This document shows, one piece after another, positions 1 through 13,458 of a stretch of DNA of 64,000 nucleotides. The DNA lies in contig OX597820.1 of assembly GCA_951406725.2 (NCBI GenBank), forward strand, positions 50,716,001 to 50,780,000, given 5' to 3'. The translations under genes and the position numbers were made by a program. The notes beneath the pieces were generated by a model. It ran no database searches, had not been told where the DNA came from, and saw only the letters and a list, made by a program, of their open reading frames with translations. The first letter of the stretch is position 1. Each line of letters opens with the position of its first letter. The stretch comes from Octopus vulgaris. Its lineage: Eukaryota.

Positions 1-138
1 ATACCCAACTAGTCGGTTGCTGATTCTATGTCAAGAAAAGTATTTCATAGCTGTGTTCTTCGATAATGTTTCATTACTCTTAAAGTGCATTTATTCCATC
101 ACCTAGTATTTAGATACATAGGTGATGATATATGCATT

Positions 139-188
<50 letters not shown>

Positions 189-195
<7 letters not shown>

Positions 196-1690
196 TTAGG
201 GAATAAATCCAAATTTACAGGGAAAATAAAAATCAGATTTAGGATTAAATCCAATTTTATAGTAAAATATTATAAAATATTATTAGAGACAAAACCACTT
301 TTTTGTAAAACAAACAAGGAAAGACTTAATCAATACATAAAATTTTAATAAATAGTAAAAAAAACCGCCACTACAATCGTTTCTTGTCTTGATCGACAAT
401 CTTCAGGTGGACTTCAATCTAAAATATCAATATTTTAAAATATACAAATAATAATTTTAAAATAATTAAAGTATGAATGAAAAAATATAAATATATAATC
501 CATATATAACCTATATATAATCCATATATAATCAATATATAAACAATATATAAACTAAAATAAACCTATCAACAATTAAATATAAAATATAAAATATAAA
601 ACAAAACAAAAAAATAATAATAATATAATAATAAACTATATATACACCCATACACATATACCTAATTATATATAACCATATCTAACTACATACACTAAAC
701 CACACACCTATATATATATCCCTATACATTCACATAAAAACGTCTAGGCAACTATAAATAAATAAAATAGCTAAATACTTCAACACAATACTTATTCATA
801 CTCCCACACACACACTCATACAACCCACATTCACGCTCTAGAAAACGGACATCACTCAAAATTATGAACGGAGAAATGGAATAAATGGAATTAAAAATTA
901 TATTCACTTGGTAAAACGAACACTCCTTAAAAATTATGAATGAAACAATGCAATAAAACAACAGACATCGCAAATATACACAAATTACTACGAATTCCTT
1001 AACAAACCTACCATGATAAACCAAAACTCACAAAAACATATAATGATAAAATCTCCCTTTACTAAACTCTATAACATACCTATATAGCAATCCCCCTAAC
1101 CTAAACATTCACACACAAATACACACACGTAAACCACACACCCACGACATATACAAATACCCACACCACTTACACATACCAATACATACATGTAAACCTC
1201 AACATATACTCCAAAAACCCACTCAACCCCACACAGACAAATAAACACAAAAATTATGAATGGATTCTTTTATAAAACTACCATGATAAGCTAAAACTCA
1301 CAAAAAGAAATGATAAAACCTCCCTTTACTAAACACTATAACATACTTATATAGCAATCCCTTTAACCTATACATTCACACACAAAAACACACACGTAAA
1401 CCAAACACCCATAACAAATACAAACACCCACCCCACTCACACACACCCACAAGTACATATAAGCCTCAACATATACACCAAACAAAATTACTTTACCAAG
1501 GAACTTAACATATGTATAAAAAGTATAACCGCTCCGGAAACGAACATCTCTAAATTAATGAATGGAGAAATGGAATAAATGGAATTAAAAATAATATTCA
1601 CGTGGCAAAACGAACACCACTCAAAAATTATGAATGAAACAATGCAATAAAACAACCAACATCGAAAATAGACAAATTACCACGAATTCC

Positions 1691-1725
<35 letters not shown>

Positions 1726-4175
1726 ATGATAAACCAAAACTCTTAAAAACATATAACGATAAAATCTCCCTTTGCTAAACTCTATAACAAACCTATATAG
1801 CAATCCCCCTAACCTAAACATTCACACACAAATACACACACGTAAACCACAGACCCACGACTTATACACATACCTATACTAACTTATAAACCTCAATATA
1901 CACCAAAATCCACTCCCTCCACACACAGACAAATTAACACATACATCCCAAAACCTAAATAACAAACCCATATACACATTCACACACACAACACTCACAC
2001 ACGCAAAACACACACACACAACATATACATATACTCCCTCACATATACGCATATACATACTCACTAAACTCGATATATACAACAATATTTACACACCCAC
2101 ACTCATACAGATAAATAAATTATACAACTAAAAACTCACACACAATCTCATATACATAAACACTCCTATGAAAACAACATTAAGTACATCGTAATTAACC
2201 AGAATATCAAAAATAACAATATGACATAAGGATAAATAAAATACATACTTACAAGTCAGTTTCAAATTATAAAGTGAAATTAAATTCATAGCCGTTAAAA
2301 AAATCAAACCAAAATTACGTTACCATAGAAATAACTTATGTAAAAAAAGAATACGCGCCATGGAAAGTAAACGTCATTTAAAATTATGAATGGAGAAAAA
2401 GAATAAATGGAACTAAAAACTATATCCACGTGGCAAACCAACACTACTTAAAAAAATTTATTATGAATGGATTCTTTAAAAAACTACCATGAAAAATCAT
2501 TATATACATTTATGAGCTTTAGCTCACCTTAGCAGCTCTAACAAACAACTTGCAGCAACCCAAACCTATTCTCGATGCCTACCTCACTACTACACTATTC
2601 CACTCACAATTCCAAGCAACGCTAGTCCACCACCCGGTTACAATTCCCAACTCCACCCATTCATTCACAATTTCAACGACGTTCGCCTCCACAGCGCTAC
2701 ATATAAGCCTCAACATATACACCGGAGATTCACATCCGTGCGGATGGGTGAGAGTAATTCCTTAACAAACCTACCATGATAAACCAAAACTCAGAAAACA
2801 TATAATGATAAAATCTCCCTTTACTAAACTCTATAACATACCTATATAGCAATCCCCCTAAACTAAACATTCACACACAAATACACACACGTAAACCACA
2901 CACCCACGACATATACAAATACCCACACCACTTACACATACCAATACATACATATAAACCTCAACATATACTCCAAAACCCACTCAACCCCACACATACA
3001 AATAAACACAAAAATTATGAATGGATTCTTTTATAAAACTACCATGATAAGCTAAAACTCACAAAACAGAAAATAATAAAACCTCCCTTTACTGAACACT
3101 ATAACATACTTATATAGCAATCCCTTTAACCTATACATTCACACACAAAACACACACGTAAACCACACACCCATAACAAATACAAACACACACCCCACTC
3201 ACACACACCCACAAGTACAAATAAGCCTCAACATATACACCAAACAAAATTACTTTACCAAGGAACTTAACATATGTATAAAAAATATAACCGCTCTGGA
3301 AACGAACATCTCTAAATTAATGAATGGAGAAATGGAATAAATGGAATTAAAAATAATATACACGTGGCAAAACGAACACCACTCAAAAATTATGAATGAA
3401 ACAATGTAATAAAACAACCAACATCGAAAATAGACAAATTACCACAAATTCCCTAAAAAAACCATGATAAACCAAAACTCTTAAAACCTATAACGATAAA
3501 ATCTCCCTTTGCTAAACTCTATAACAAACCTATATAGCAATCCCCCTAACCTAAACATTCACACACAAATACACACACTTAAACCACAGACCCACGACTT
3601 ATACACATACCTATACTAACTTATAAACCTCAATATACACCAAAACCCACTCCCTCCCACACAGACAAATTAACACATACATCCCAAAACCTAAATAACA
3701 AACCCATATACACATTCACACACAAACACTCACACACGCAAAACACACACACACAACAGATACATATACTCCCTCACATATACGCATATACATACTCACT
3801 AAACTCGATATATACAACAATATTTACACACCCACACTCATACAGATAAATAAATTATACAACTAAAAACTCACACACAATCTCATATACATAAACACTC
3901 CTATGAAAACAACATTAAATACATCGTAATTAACCAGAATATCAAAAATAACAATATGACATAAGGATAAATAAAATACATACTTACATATCAGTTTCAA
4001 ATTATGAAGTGAAATTAAATTCTTAGCCGTTAAAAAAATCAAACCAAAATTACTTTACCATAGAAATAACTTATGTAAAAAAAGAATACGCGCCATGGAA
4101 AGTAAACGTCATTTAAATTTATGAATGGAGAAAAAGAATAAATGGAACTAAAAACTATATCCACGTGGCAAACCA
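189..4175 (-). repeat. Inverted copy of the element 3' end (pLTR plus tail)
   Basis: Reverse complement of 9718-13597, plus ~75 nt of extra tail matching ~5572-5649. ORFs 752..1024(-)/12845..13117(+) and 2550..2765(+)/11129..11344(-) are mirror copies. Junction ccacgtggcaaacca|tcgatgttgg at 4175/4176. Confidence 0.95.
368..410 (-). ncRNA. Minimal type I hammerhead ribozyme (inverted pLTR copy)
   Basis: Exact reverse complement of 5431-5473. Confidence 0.9.
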
Positions 4176-5649
4176 TCGATGTTGGTTGTTTTATTGCATT
4201 GTTTCATTCATAATTTTTGAGTGGTGTTCGTTTTGCCACGTGAATATTATTTTTAATTCCATTTATTCCATTTCTCCATTCATTAATTTAGAGATGTTCG
4301 TTTCCGGAGCGGTTATACTTTTTATACATATGTTAAGTTCCTTGGTAAAGTAATTTTGTTTGGTGTATATGTTGAGGCTTATATGTACTTGTGGGTGTGT
4401 GTGAGTGGGGTGGGTGTTTGTATTTGTTATGGGTGTTTGGTTTACGTGTGTGTTTTTGTGTGTGAATGTATAGGTTAAAGGGATTGCTATATAAGTATGT
4501 TATAGTGTTTAGTAAAGGGAGGTTTTATCATTTCTGTTTTGTGAGTTTTAGCTTATCATGGTAGTTTTATAAAAGAATCCATTCATAATTTTTGTGTTTA
4601 TTTGTCTGTGTGGGGTTGAGTGGGTTTTGGAGTATATGTTGAGGTTTATATGTATGTATTGGTATGTGTAAGTGGTGTGGGTATTTGTATATGTCGTGGG
4701 TGTGTGGTTTACGTGTGTGTATTTGTGTGTGAATGTTTAGGTTAGGGGGATTGCTATATAGGTATGTTATAGAGTTTAGTAAAGGGAGATTTTATCATTA
4801 TATGTTTTTGTGAGTTTTGGTTTATCATGGTAGGTTTGTTAAGGAATTCGTAGTAATTTGTGTATATTTGCGATGTCTGTTGTTTTATTGCATTGTTTCA
4901 TTCATAATTTTTAAGGAGTGTTCGTTTTACCAAGTGAATATAATTTTTAATTCCATTTATTCCATTTCTCCGTTCATAATTTTGAGTGATGTCCGTTTTC
5001 TAGAGCGTGAATGTGGGTTGTATGAGTGTGTGTGTGGGAGTATGAATAAGTATTGTGTTGAAGTATTTAGCTATTTTATTTATTTATAGTTGCCTAGACG
5101 TTTTTATGTGAATGTATAGGGATATATATATAGGTGTGTGGTTTAGTGTATGTAGTTAGATATGGTTATATATAATTAGGTATATGTGTATGGGTGTATA
5201 TATAGTTTATTATTATATTATTATTATTTTTTTGTTTTGTTTTATATTTTATATTTTATATTTAATTGTTGATAGGTTTATTTTAGTTTATATATTGTTT
5301 ATATATTGATTATATATGGATTATATATAGGTTATATATGGATTATATATTTATATTTTTTCATTCATACTTTAATTATTTTAAAATTATTATTTGTATA
5401 TTTTAAAATATTGATATTTTAGATTGAAGTCCACCTGAAGATTGTCGATCAAGACAAGAAACGATTGTAGTGGCGGTTTTTTTGACTATTTATTAAAATT
5501 TTATGTATTGATTAAGTCTTTCCTTGTTTGTTTTGCAAAAAAGTGGTTTTGTCTCTAATAATATTTTATAATATTTTACTATAAAATTGGATTTAATCCT
5601 AAATCTGATTTTTTTCCCTGTAAATTTGGATTTATTCCCTAATATTTAT
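4176..5649 (+). repeat. 5' partial direct pseudo-LTR
   Basis: 4176-~5572 is a near-identical direct copy of 12204-13597 and continues into the 5' UTR of the ORF. Confidence 0.93.
5431..5473 (+). ncRNA. Minimal type I hammerhead ribozyme
   Basis: ccac-CUGAAGA-uuguc(gaucaa)gacaa-GAA-AC(gauu)GU-A-gugg. All core nucleotides and three stems are present; predicted cleavage after A5469. Confidence 0.9.
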
Positions 5650-5707
5650 TATTTATATAATATTGATAATTTTGTATATTGAGTGTAATACCTCAATTTC
5701 GTAAATT

Positions 5708-8221
5708 ATGGATTTTACAGGTAAGATAGAACCGCTGTTTTGGGATTCATCTTTGAAAGATATTCCTATTCCATCTAGAAAGGAATTTATCTTGAAACTT
5801 GTTAATAATGTTAAAGATTTTATTTCTAGAATTAAATGGAAAGCTTTTTACTATAATTTTTATTTATTTAATGATATTGATAGTAGGAATGATAATTTTA
5901 CCTCTAAATTTAAATCTAGAAAGGAACCTCCATTTAATAAAGAATTACAATTACTTGAAGATAGTATATGGAAGGTGGTAAAAAATATTGAATTCCATAA
6001 ATACCCTAATAGAAATAATGAATATTTAAGGAATTTAGCAATTAAAATTAAAGATATGAGAAATATGGATGGTATTATAGTACAATCTGATAAAACAAGG
6101 AACTTATATAAATTAGATGTTAAATTATATGATAAACTATTAGGGAAAGAAATAATTAAAAAATATAAAATTGTTCCAGATGATATTCTTTATAATATTA
6201 ATAAGGCCTCTAAAGTAGTAATGTTAAAATATGAGTTGGATAATAAAACTGAACCTTATGTACCTTTGCACCCCAGAATTACTCTTAAAGACCATAAAGA
6301 TAATTTTTATTCAGACCCTAAAGTTAGATTAATTTGCCCATGTAAATCGGACCTAGGTAAATTAAGTAAATTTATTTTAGATAAATATATTGATAAGTTA
6401 AATAAACTTAATTATTTAAAATTATGGTTTAGTAATAATAATACATTGAAATGGTTTAATAATATTAAAGATAAAAATCGTTATAAATTTATTCAAATAG
6501 ATATAGATAATTATTATTCTTCTATTAATGAAATTGTGTTTAATAAAGCGCTTATTTTCGCAATGAATAAAGTGGGTATGTCACGGGAAGAAGTTAATGT
6601 AATTAAAATGGCTAGGAAATCGCTAATTAAATATAAAAATAAATTATGGGCTAGGAATGATACTAGAGATTGTTTTGATATACCTATGGGAGCACCAGAT
6701 TCTGCACAGGCTACTGATTTAGTAGGTATTTTTCTTTTATCTGAACTCCAATTAGAAAATCTTAAGATAGAGGGTGGTTTATATAGAGACGATCTTCTAC
6801 TAGTTACAAAGAATTGTACTAATAGGAATCTAGAAGTATATAAGAAAAAACTATATAGTTTCTTTAAAAGATATGGTTTAAGTATTACTATATATAAGGA
6901 GAATTATAATGTTAATTATTTAGATGTTAATTTTAATCTTATTACAGGTAAAACACAACCATATCATAAACTTAATGAGAACCTTAGATATATAAATGTT
7001 AATAGTAATCACCCATTTTCTATTAAAAAATCGTTGATTAATAATATAAGTAAACGTATTTCATTACTCTCTTATGATATAGAGATTTTTAATAAACATG
7101 CTAAATATTATAATGAGGCCCTTAGAGGGGCAGGTTATAATAGGAATATTAAATTTTATAATATTAGTGATAAAGATTTAATTGTTAATTTTCGAGATAC
7201 TTCTAATAATAATTATAATTTTGTTAGGTTTAGTGGTAAAAATAATAGATATTATAAAAAAAATAATAAAAATGATAAAAATATAAATAAGAATAATAAT
7301 AATAATAATAAATATAATAATAATAATATAAATAAGAATAATAAAAATAAAAATAAATTTAATAATTATTATAATTATATTGATAAATTTAATAATATTA
7401 ATAATTCCTTAAATGCTGTACATAGATATAATTCTGATAATAATTTTAATAAAATAAAGAATTATAAATATATTTATAATAATGATAATAATAATAAGGT
7501 TAATAAGAATAAAATTTGGTTAATAGTTCCTTATGGAGATCAAGTAAAAACGAATATTATTAAAGAGATTTTAGATGTTATAGAACTATTTATTAGAGAT
7601 AATCGTAAATATAGAAACATTTTCTCTTTTAATAATTTTGGAGTTGGTTACTCTACCACTAATAATGTTGGTAACATTATTTCTTCATTTAATAAATATA
7701 AACTGAATAATTTTTATAAAAAGAAATTATTTGATAATAATATTAATAATGATAAGACTTATATTAATTGTACATGTAGAGATAAATCTAATTGTATATT
7801 AAACAATAATTGTGATATTAACGATGTAGTGTATAAATGTATAGTTACATTACATGATAATAACTTTAAGTATAATAATTACACAAAAGCGGTTTATATA
7901 GGTTCTACTTCCTCAAAAATAAAACTAAGAATCGCACAACATATGAATTCTTTTAAAAATAAAAACTTAATCAACTCAACCGGACTTAGTAAGTACATTT
8001 GGAGTCTTAAATCACTAAATATTAATTATAGTTTAATTTGGGAAATAATTTGTAAAACTAAATCATATACTATAGGAGCTAATTGTTGTTATTTATGCTC
8101 TAATGAGTTTAAAGAAATTTTATTTTATAAGTATGATAATTTACTTAATACTGGTGAAGAGCGCAAAATAAAATGCAGACATAAGTTACTTTACCTATAT
8201 AATAAGTTTCATGATAAATAG
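5708..8221 (+). CDS. PLE reverse transcriptase + C-terminal GIY-YIG endonuclease, 837 aa, uninterrupted
   Basis: RT motifs SDKT, KVRLICP, IQIDIDNYYSSI, DIPMGAPDS, GLYRDD, NYLDV and thumb YINVNSNHP. Linker CTC-x5-C-x5-C. EN motifs VVYKCIV...VYIGST...KLRIAQH, CYLCSNE, LLN, KCRH. Confidence 0.95.
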   Translation: MDFTGKIEPLFWDSSLKDIPIPSRKEFILKLVNNVKDFISRIKWKAFYYNFYLFNDIDSRNDNFTSKFKSRKEPPFNKELQLLEDSIWKVVKNIEFHKYPNRNNEYLRNLAIKIKDMRNMDGIIVQSDKTRNLYKLDVKLYDKLLGKEIIKKYKIVPDDILYNINKASKVVMLKYELDNKTEPYVPLHPRITLKDHKDNFYSDPKVRLICPCKSDLGKLSKFILDKYIDKLNKLNYLKLWFSNNNTLKWFNNIKDKNRYKFIQIDIDNYYSSINEIVFNKALIFAMNKVGMSREEVNVIKMARKSLIKYKNKLWARNDTRDCFDIPMGAPDSAQATDLVGIFLLSELQLENLKIEGGLYRDDLLLVTKNCTNRNLEVYKKKLYSFFKRYGLSITIYKENYNVNYLDVNFNLITGKTQPYHKLNENLRYINVNSNHPFSIKKSLINNISKRISLLSYDIEIFNKHAKYYNEALRGAGYNRNIKFYNISDKDLIVNFRDTSNNNYNFVRFSGKNNRYYKKNNKNDKNINKNNNNNNKYNNNNINKNNKNKNKFNNYYNYIDKFNNINNSLNAVHRYNSDNNFNKIKNYKYIYNNDNNNKVNKNKIWLIVPYGDQVKTNIIKEILDVIELFIRDNRKYRNIFSFNNFGVGYSTTNNVGNIISSFNKYKLNNFYKKKLFDNNINNDKTYINCTCRDKSNCILNNNCDINDVVYKCIVTLHDNNFKYNNYTKAVYIGSTSSKIKLRIAQHMNSFKNKNLINSTGLSKYIWSLKSLNINYSLIWEIICKTKSYTIGANCCYLCSNEFKEILFYKYDNLLNTGEERKIKCRHKLLYLYNKFHDK

Positions 8222-9394
8222 CAATAATAGTTCCCTTTTAGGTTACTTTAGTTTAGTTTAAATTAGTTTAGATAATATATTTTGGTTATGTTGTTTAGGA
8301 TTTAATTATAGTTAGTCTTTATTGATATTTCTTTGTTTTAATTAGTTCATTTTTAATGTATATTATTTTAACAGTATATGGTATGTTAAAACTTTAATAA
8401 TTTAGATTAGATTTTTATTTTCTTTATTTATATATTTTTTTATTTTTTTTTATTTTTTTATTTTTATTTTATTTTATTATGTATTTTTATAATGCATTTG
8501 CTATATGTATTTTGGAGGATATATTTATATGTTGATGGGTGTTATTTAGTGGTGTTTTTATTGAGTTTTCTATGTATGTGTGAATGTTTATGATCCCTTT
8601 GTTTTTTGTTTTTTATTTGGTATGTTGAATTGACAGATTTTATTTGGGTATTGTCTGTTATAATAAAGTACACACACCCATAACAAATATAAGTGCCCAC
8701 TTCATTCGCTGTACCTGGAATTGCATGTGAGCCTCAACATATACACCTAACGGCCACTCCCGCCCCATATGGATAAATAAACACATACATCCCCAAAAAT
8801 GGGCGTAATTTCACTCACACAAATCATATGTATACAATTATACACACTAGATTAATACATAACTAACCCAAATATACAGAACATACCAAAAATTACCAAC
8901 TAACCACCATCACATATGAAACCCACACCCATACAATGACAAAACTCCCCCCTCCATACCCAATTTACACCCACATAGCAATCCCAATATATTCATCCAT
9001 ACATGGACGCACGTGCGTGAAGCACATGCATACAATAAATACGTACAACCCCCCAATACACACTCATATACATACGTATCAAGCTCGACATCCACAGCGA
9101 TACGTTTACACCCACTCACACCAAGATGGGTGAATTGCACAACCAGGGAACGCACACACACATGTGTGCGTTTTTTGATTGTGCAACTCGCCCATATGCA
9201 TGTATGCGGGCGCGATTACATTGTTGCATATATCGAGCCCAAATAGCATGCATATGTACATGTGAGGGGGTACACGCTAATGACGTGCGCGTGTACCCCC
9301 TGCATTTATACCCGTGCGTGAATATACACATGGAGACTACCACACAGGTACAAATGTGTATAGTAATGGGAGCCCCATCACTACACTCAATGTA

Positions 9395-12300
9395 TACTCT
9401 CACCCATCCGCACGGAAGTGAAAGTGAATCTCCGGTGTATATGTTGAGGCTTATATGTAGCGCTGTGGAGGCGAACGTCGTTGAAATGTGAATGAATGGG
9501 TGGTTTTGGGAATTGTAACCGGGTGGTGGACTAGCGTTGCTTGGAATTGTGAGTGGAATAGTGTAGTAGTGAGGTAGGCATCGAGATTGGGTTGGGTTGC
9601 TGCAAGTTGTTTGTTAGAGCTGCTAAGGTGAGCTAAAGCTCATAAATGTATATAATGATTTTTCATGGTAGTTTTTTTAAAGAATCCATTCATAATAAAA
9701 ATTTTTTTAAGTAGTGTTGGTTTGCCACGTGGATATAGTTTTTAGTTCCATTTATTCTTTTTCTCCATTCATAAATTTAAATGACGTTTACTTTCCATGG
9801 CGCGTATTCTTTTTTTACATAAGTTATTTCTATGGTAAAGTAATTTTGGTTTGATTTTTTTAACGGCTAAGAATTTAATTTCACTTCATAATTTGAAACT
9901 GATATGTAAGTATGTATTTTATTTATCCTTATGTCATATTGTTATTTTTGATATTCTGGTTAATTACGATGTATTTAATGTTGTTTTCATAGGAGTGTTT
10001 ATGTATATGAGATTGTGTGTGAGTTTTTAGTTGTATAATTTATTTATCTGTATGAGTGTGGGTGTGTAAATATTGTTGTATATATCGAGTTTAGTGAGTA
10101 TGTATATGCGTATATGTGAGGGAGTATATGTATCTGTTGTGTGTGTGTGTTTTGCGTGTGTGAGTGTTTGTGTGTGAATGTGTATATGGGTTTGTTATTT
10201 AGGTTTTGGGATGTATGTGTTAATTTGTCTGTGTGGGAGGGAGTGGGTTTTGGTGTATATTGAGGTTTATAAGTTAGTATAGGTATGTGTATAAGTCGTG
10301 GGTCTGTGGTTTAAGTGTGTGTATTTGTGTGTGAATGTTTAGGTTAGGGGGATTGCTATATAGGTTTGTTATAGAGTTTAGCAAAGGGAGATTTTATCGT
10401 TATAGGTTTTAAGAGTTTTGGTTTATCATGGTTTTTTTAGGGAATTTGTGGTAATTTGTCTATTTTCGATGTTGGTTGTTTTATTACATTGTTTCATTCA
10501 TAATTTTTGAGTGGTGTTCGTTTTGCCACGTGTATATTATTTTTAATTCCATTTATTCCATTTCTCCATTCATTAATTTAGAGATGTTCGTTTCCAGAGC
10601 GGTTATATTTTTTATACATATGTTAAGTTCCTTGGTAAAGTAATTTTGTTTGGTGTATATGTTGAGGCTTATTTGTACTTGTGGGTGTGTGTGAGTGGGG
10701 TGGGTGTTTGTATTTGTTATGGGTGTGTGGTTTACGTGTGTGTTTTTGTGTGTGAATGTATAGGTTAAAGGGATTGCTATATAAGTATGTTATAGTGTTT
10801 AGTAAAGGGAGGTTTTATTATTTTCTGTTTTGTGAGTTTTAGCTTATCATGGTAGTTTTATAAAAGAATCCATTCATAATTTTTGTGTTTATTTGTATGT
10901 GTGGGGTTGAGTGGGTTTTGGAGTATATGTTGAGGTTTATATGTATGTATTGGTATGTGTAAGTGGTGTGGGTATTTGTATATGTCGTGGGTGTGTGGTT
11001 TACGTGTGTGTATTTGTGTGTGAATGTTTAGTTTAGGGGGATTGCTATATAGGTATGTTATAGAGTTTAGTAAAGGGAGATTTTATCATTATATGTTTTG
11101 TGAGTTTTGGTTTATCATGGTAGGTTTGTTAAGGAATTACTCTCACCCATCCGCACGGATGTGAATCTCCGGTGTATATGTTGAGGCTTATATGTAGCGC
11201 TGTGGAGGCGAACGTCGTTGAAATTGTGAATGAATGGGTGGAGTTGGGAATTGTAACCGGGTGGTGGACTAGCGTTGCTTGGAATTGTGAGTGGAATAGT
11301 GTAGTAGTGAGGTAGGCATCGAGAATAGGTTTGGGTTGCTGCAAGTTGTTTGTTAGAGCTGCTAAGGTGAGCTAAAGCTCATAAATGTATATAATGATTT
11401 TTCATGGTAGTTTTTTAAAGAATCCATTCATAATAAATTTTTTTAAGTAGTGTTGGTTTGCCACGTGGATATAGTTTTTAGTTCCATTTATTCTTTTTCT
11501 CCATTCATAATTTTAAATGACGTTTACTTTCCATGGCGCGTATTCTTTTTTTACATAAGTTATTTCTATGGTAACGTAATTTTGGTTTGATTTTTTTAAC
11601 GGCTAAGAATTTAATTTCACTTTATAATTTGAAACTGACTTGTAAGTATGTATTTTATTTATCCTTATGTCATATTGTTATTTTTGATATTCTGGTTAAT
11701 TACGATGTATTTAATGTTGTTTTCATAGGAGTGTTTATGTATATGAGATTGTGTGTGAGTTTTTAGTTGTATAATTTATTTATCTGTATGAGTGTGGGTG
11801 TGTAAATATTGTTGTATATATCGAGTTTAGTGAGTATGTATATGCGTATATGTGAGGGAGTATATGTATCTGTTGTGTGTGTGTGTTTTGCCTGTGTGTG
11901 TGTTTGTGTGTGAATGTGTATATGGGTTTGTTATTTAGGTTTTGGGATGTATGTGTTAATTTGTCTGTGTGTGGAGGGAGTGGATTTTGGTGTATATTGA
12001 GGTTTATAAGTTAGTATAGGTATGTGTATAAGTCGTGGGTCTGTGGTTTACGTGTGTGTATTTGTGTGTGAATGTTTAGGTTAGGGGGATTGCTATATAG
12101 GTTTGTTATAGAGTTTAGCAAAGGGAGATTTTATCGTTATATGTTTTTAAGAGTTTTGGTTTATCATGGTTTTTTTAGGGAATTCGTGGTAATTTGTCTA
12201 TTTTCGATGTTGGTTGTTTTATTGCATTGTTTCATTCATAATTTTTGAGTGGTGTTCGTTTTGCCACGTGAATATTATTTTTAATTCCATTTATTCCATT

Positions 12301-12876
12301 TCTCCATTCATTAATTTAGAGATGTTCGTTTCCGGAGCGGTTATACTTTTTATACATATGTTAAGTTCCTTGGTAAAGTAATTTTGTTTGGTGTATATGT
12401 TGAGGCTTATATGTACTTGTGGGTGTGTGTGAGTGGGGTGGGTGTTTGTATTTGTTATGGGTGTTTGGTTTACGTGTGTGTTTTTGTGTGTGAATGTATA
12501 GGTTAAAGGGATTGCTATATAAGTATGTTATAGTGTTTAGTAAAGGGAGGTTTTATCATTTCTTTTTGTGAGTTTTAGCTTATCATGGTAGTTTTATAAA
12601 AGAATCCATTCATAATTTTTGTGTTTATTTGTCTGTGTGGGGTTGAGTGGGTTTTTGGAGTATATGTTGAGGTTTATATGTATGTATTGGTATGTGTAAG
12701 TGGTGTGGGTATTTGTATATGTCGTGGGTGTGTGGTTTACGTGTGTGTATTTGTGTGTGAATGTTTAGGTTAGGGGGATTGCTATATAGGTATGTTATAG
12801 AGTTTAGTAAAGGGAGATTTTATCATTATATGTTTTTGTGAGTTTTGGTTTATCATGGTAGGTTTGTTAAGGAATT
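9395..12876 (+). repeat. ~1.74-kb tandem duplication inside the 3' UTR/pLTR
   Basis: tactctcacccatccgcacgga starts at 9395 and 11138; both units end in ggtttgttaaggaatt. Built from diverged shorter subrepeats (gtttatcatggt, ggattgctatata, ccacgtg). Confidence 0.9.
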
Positions 12877-13458
12877 CGTAGTAATTTGTGTATATTTGCG
12901 ATGTCTGTTGTTTTATTGCATTGTTTCATTCATAATTTTTAAGGAGTGTTCGTTTTACCAAGTGAATATAATTTTTAATTCCATTTATTCCATTTCTCCG
13001 TTCATAATTTTGAGTGATGTCCGTTTTCTAGAGCGTGAATGTGGGTTGTATGTGTGTGTGTGTGGGAGTATGAATAAGTATTGTGTTGAAGTATTTAGCT
13101 ATTTTATTTATTTATAGTTGCCTAGACGTTTTTATGTGAATGTATAGGGATATATATATAGGTGTGTGGTTTAGTGTATGTAGTTAGATATGGTTATATA
13201 TAATTAGGTATATGTGTATGGGTGTATATATAGTTTATTATTATATTATTATTATTTTTTTGTTTTGTTTTATATTTTATATTTTATATTTAATTGTTGA
13301 TAGGTTTATTTTAGTTTATATATTGTTTATATATTGATTATATATGGATTATATATAGGTTATATATGGATTATATATTTATATTTTTTCATTCATACTT
13401 TAATTATTTTAAAATTATTATTTGTATATTTTAAAATATTGATATTTTAGATTGAAGT

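Noticed and set aside
752-1024. 90-aa ORF present three times (also 4817, 12845) and 71-aa ORF present twice
   Set aside because: Copies reflect pLTR duplication; non-ATG starts, compositionally biased, no domain.
5708-8221. Telomerase, group II intron RT or Naiad/Chlamys assignment
   Set aside because: C-terminal GIY-YIG with pLTRs and HHRs indicates a canonical EN+ PLE; Naiad/Chlamys have an N-terminal EN.
9395-13100. CRISPR-like repeat-spacer array
   Set aside because: Long diverged subrepeats without unique spacers; eukaryotic context, no cas genes.
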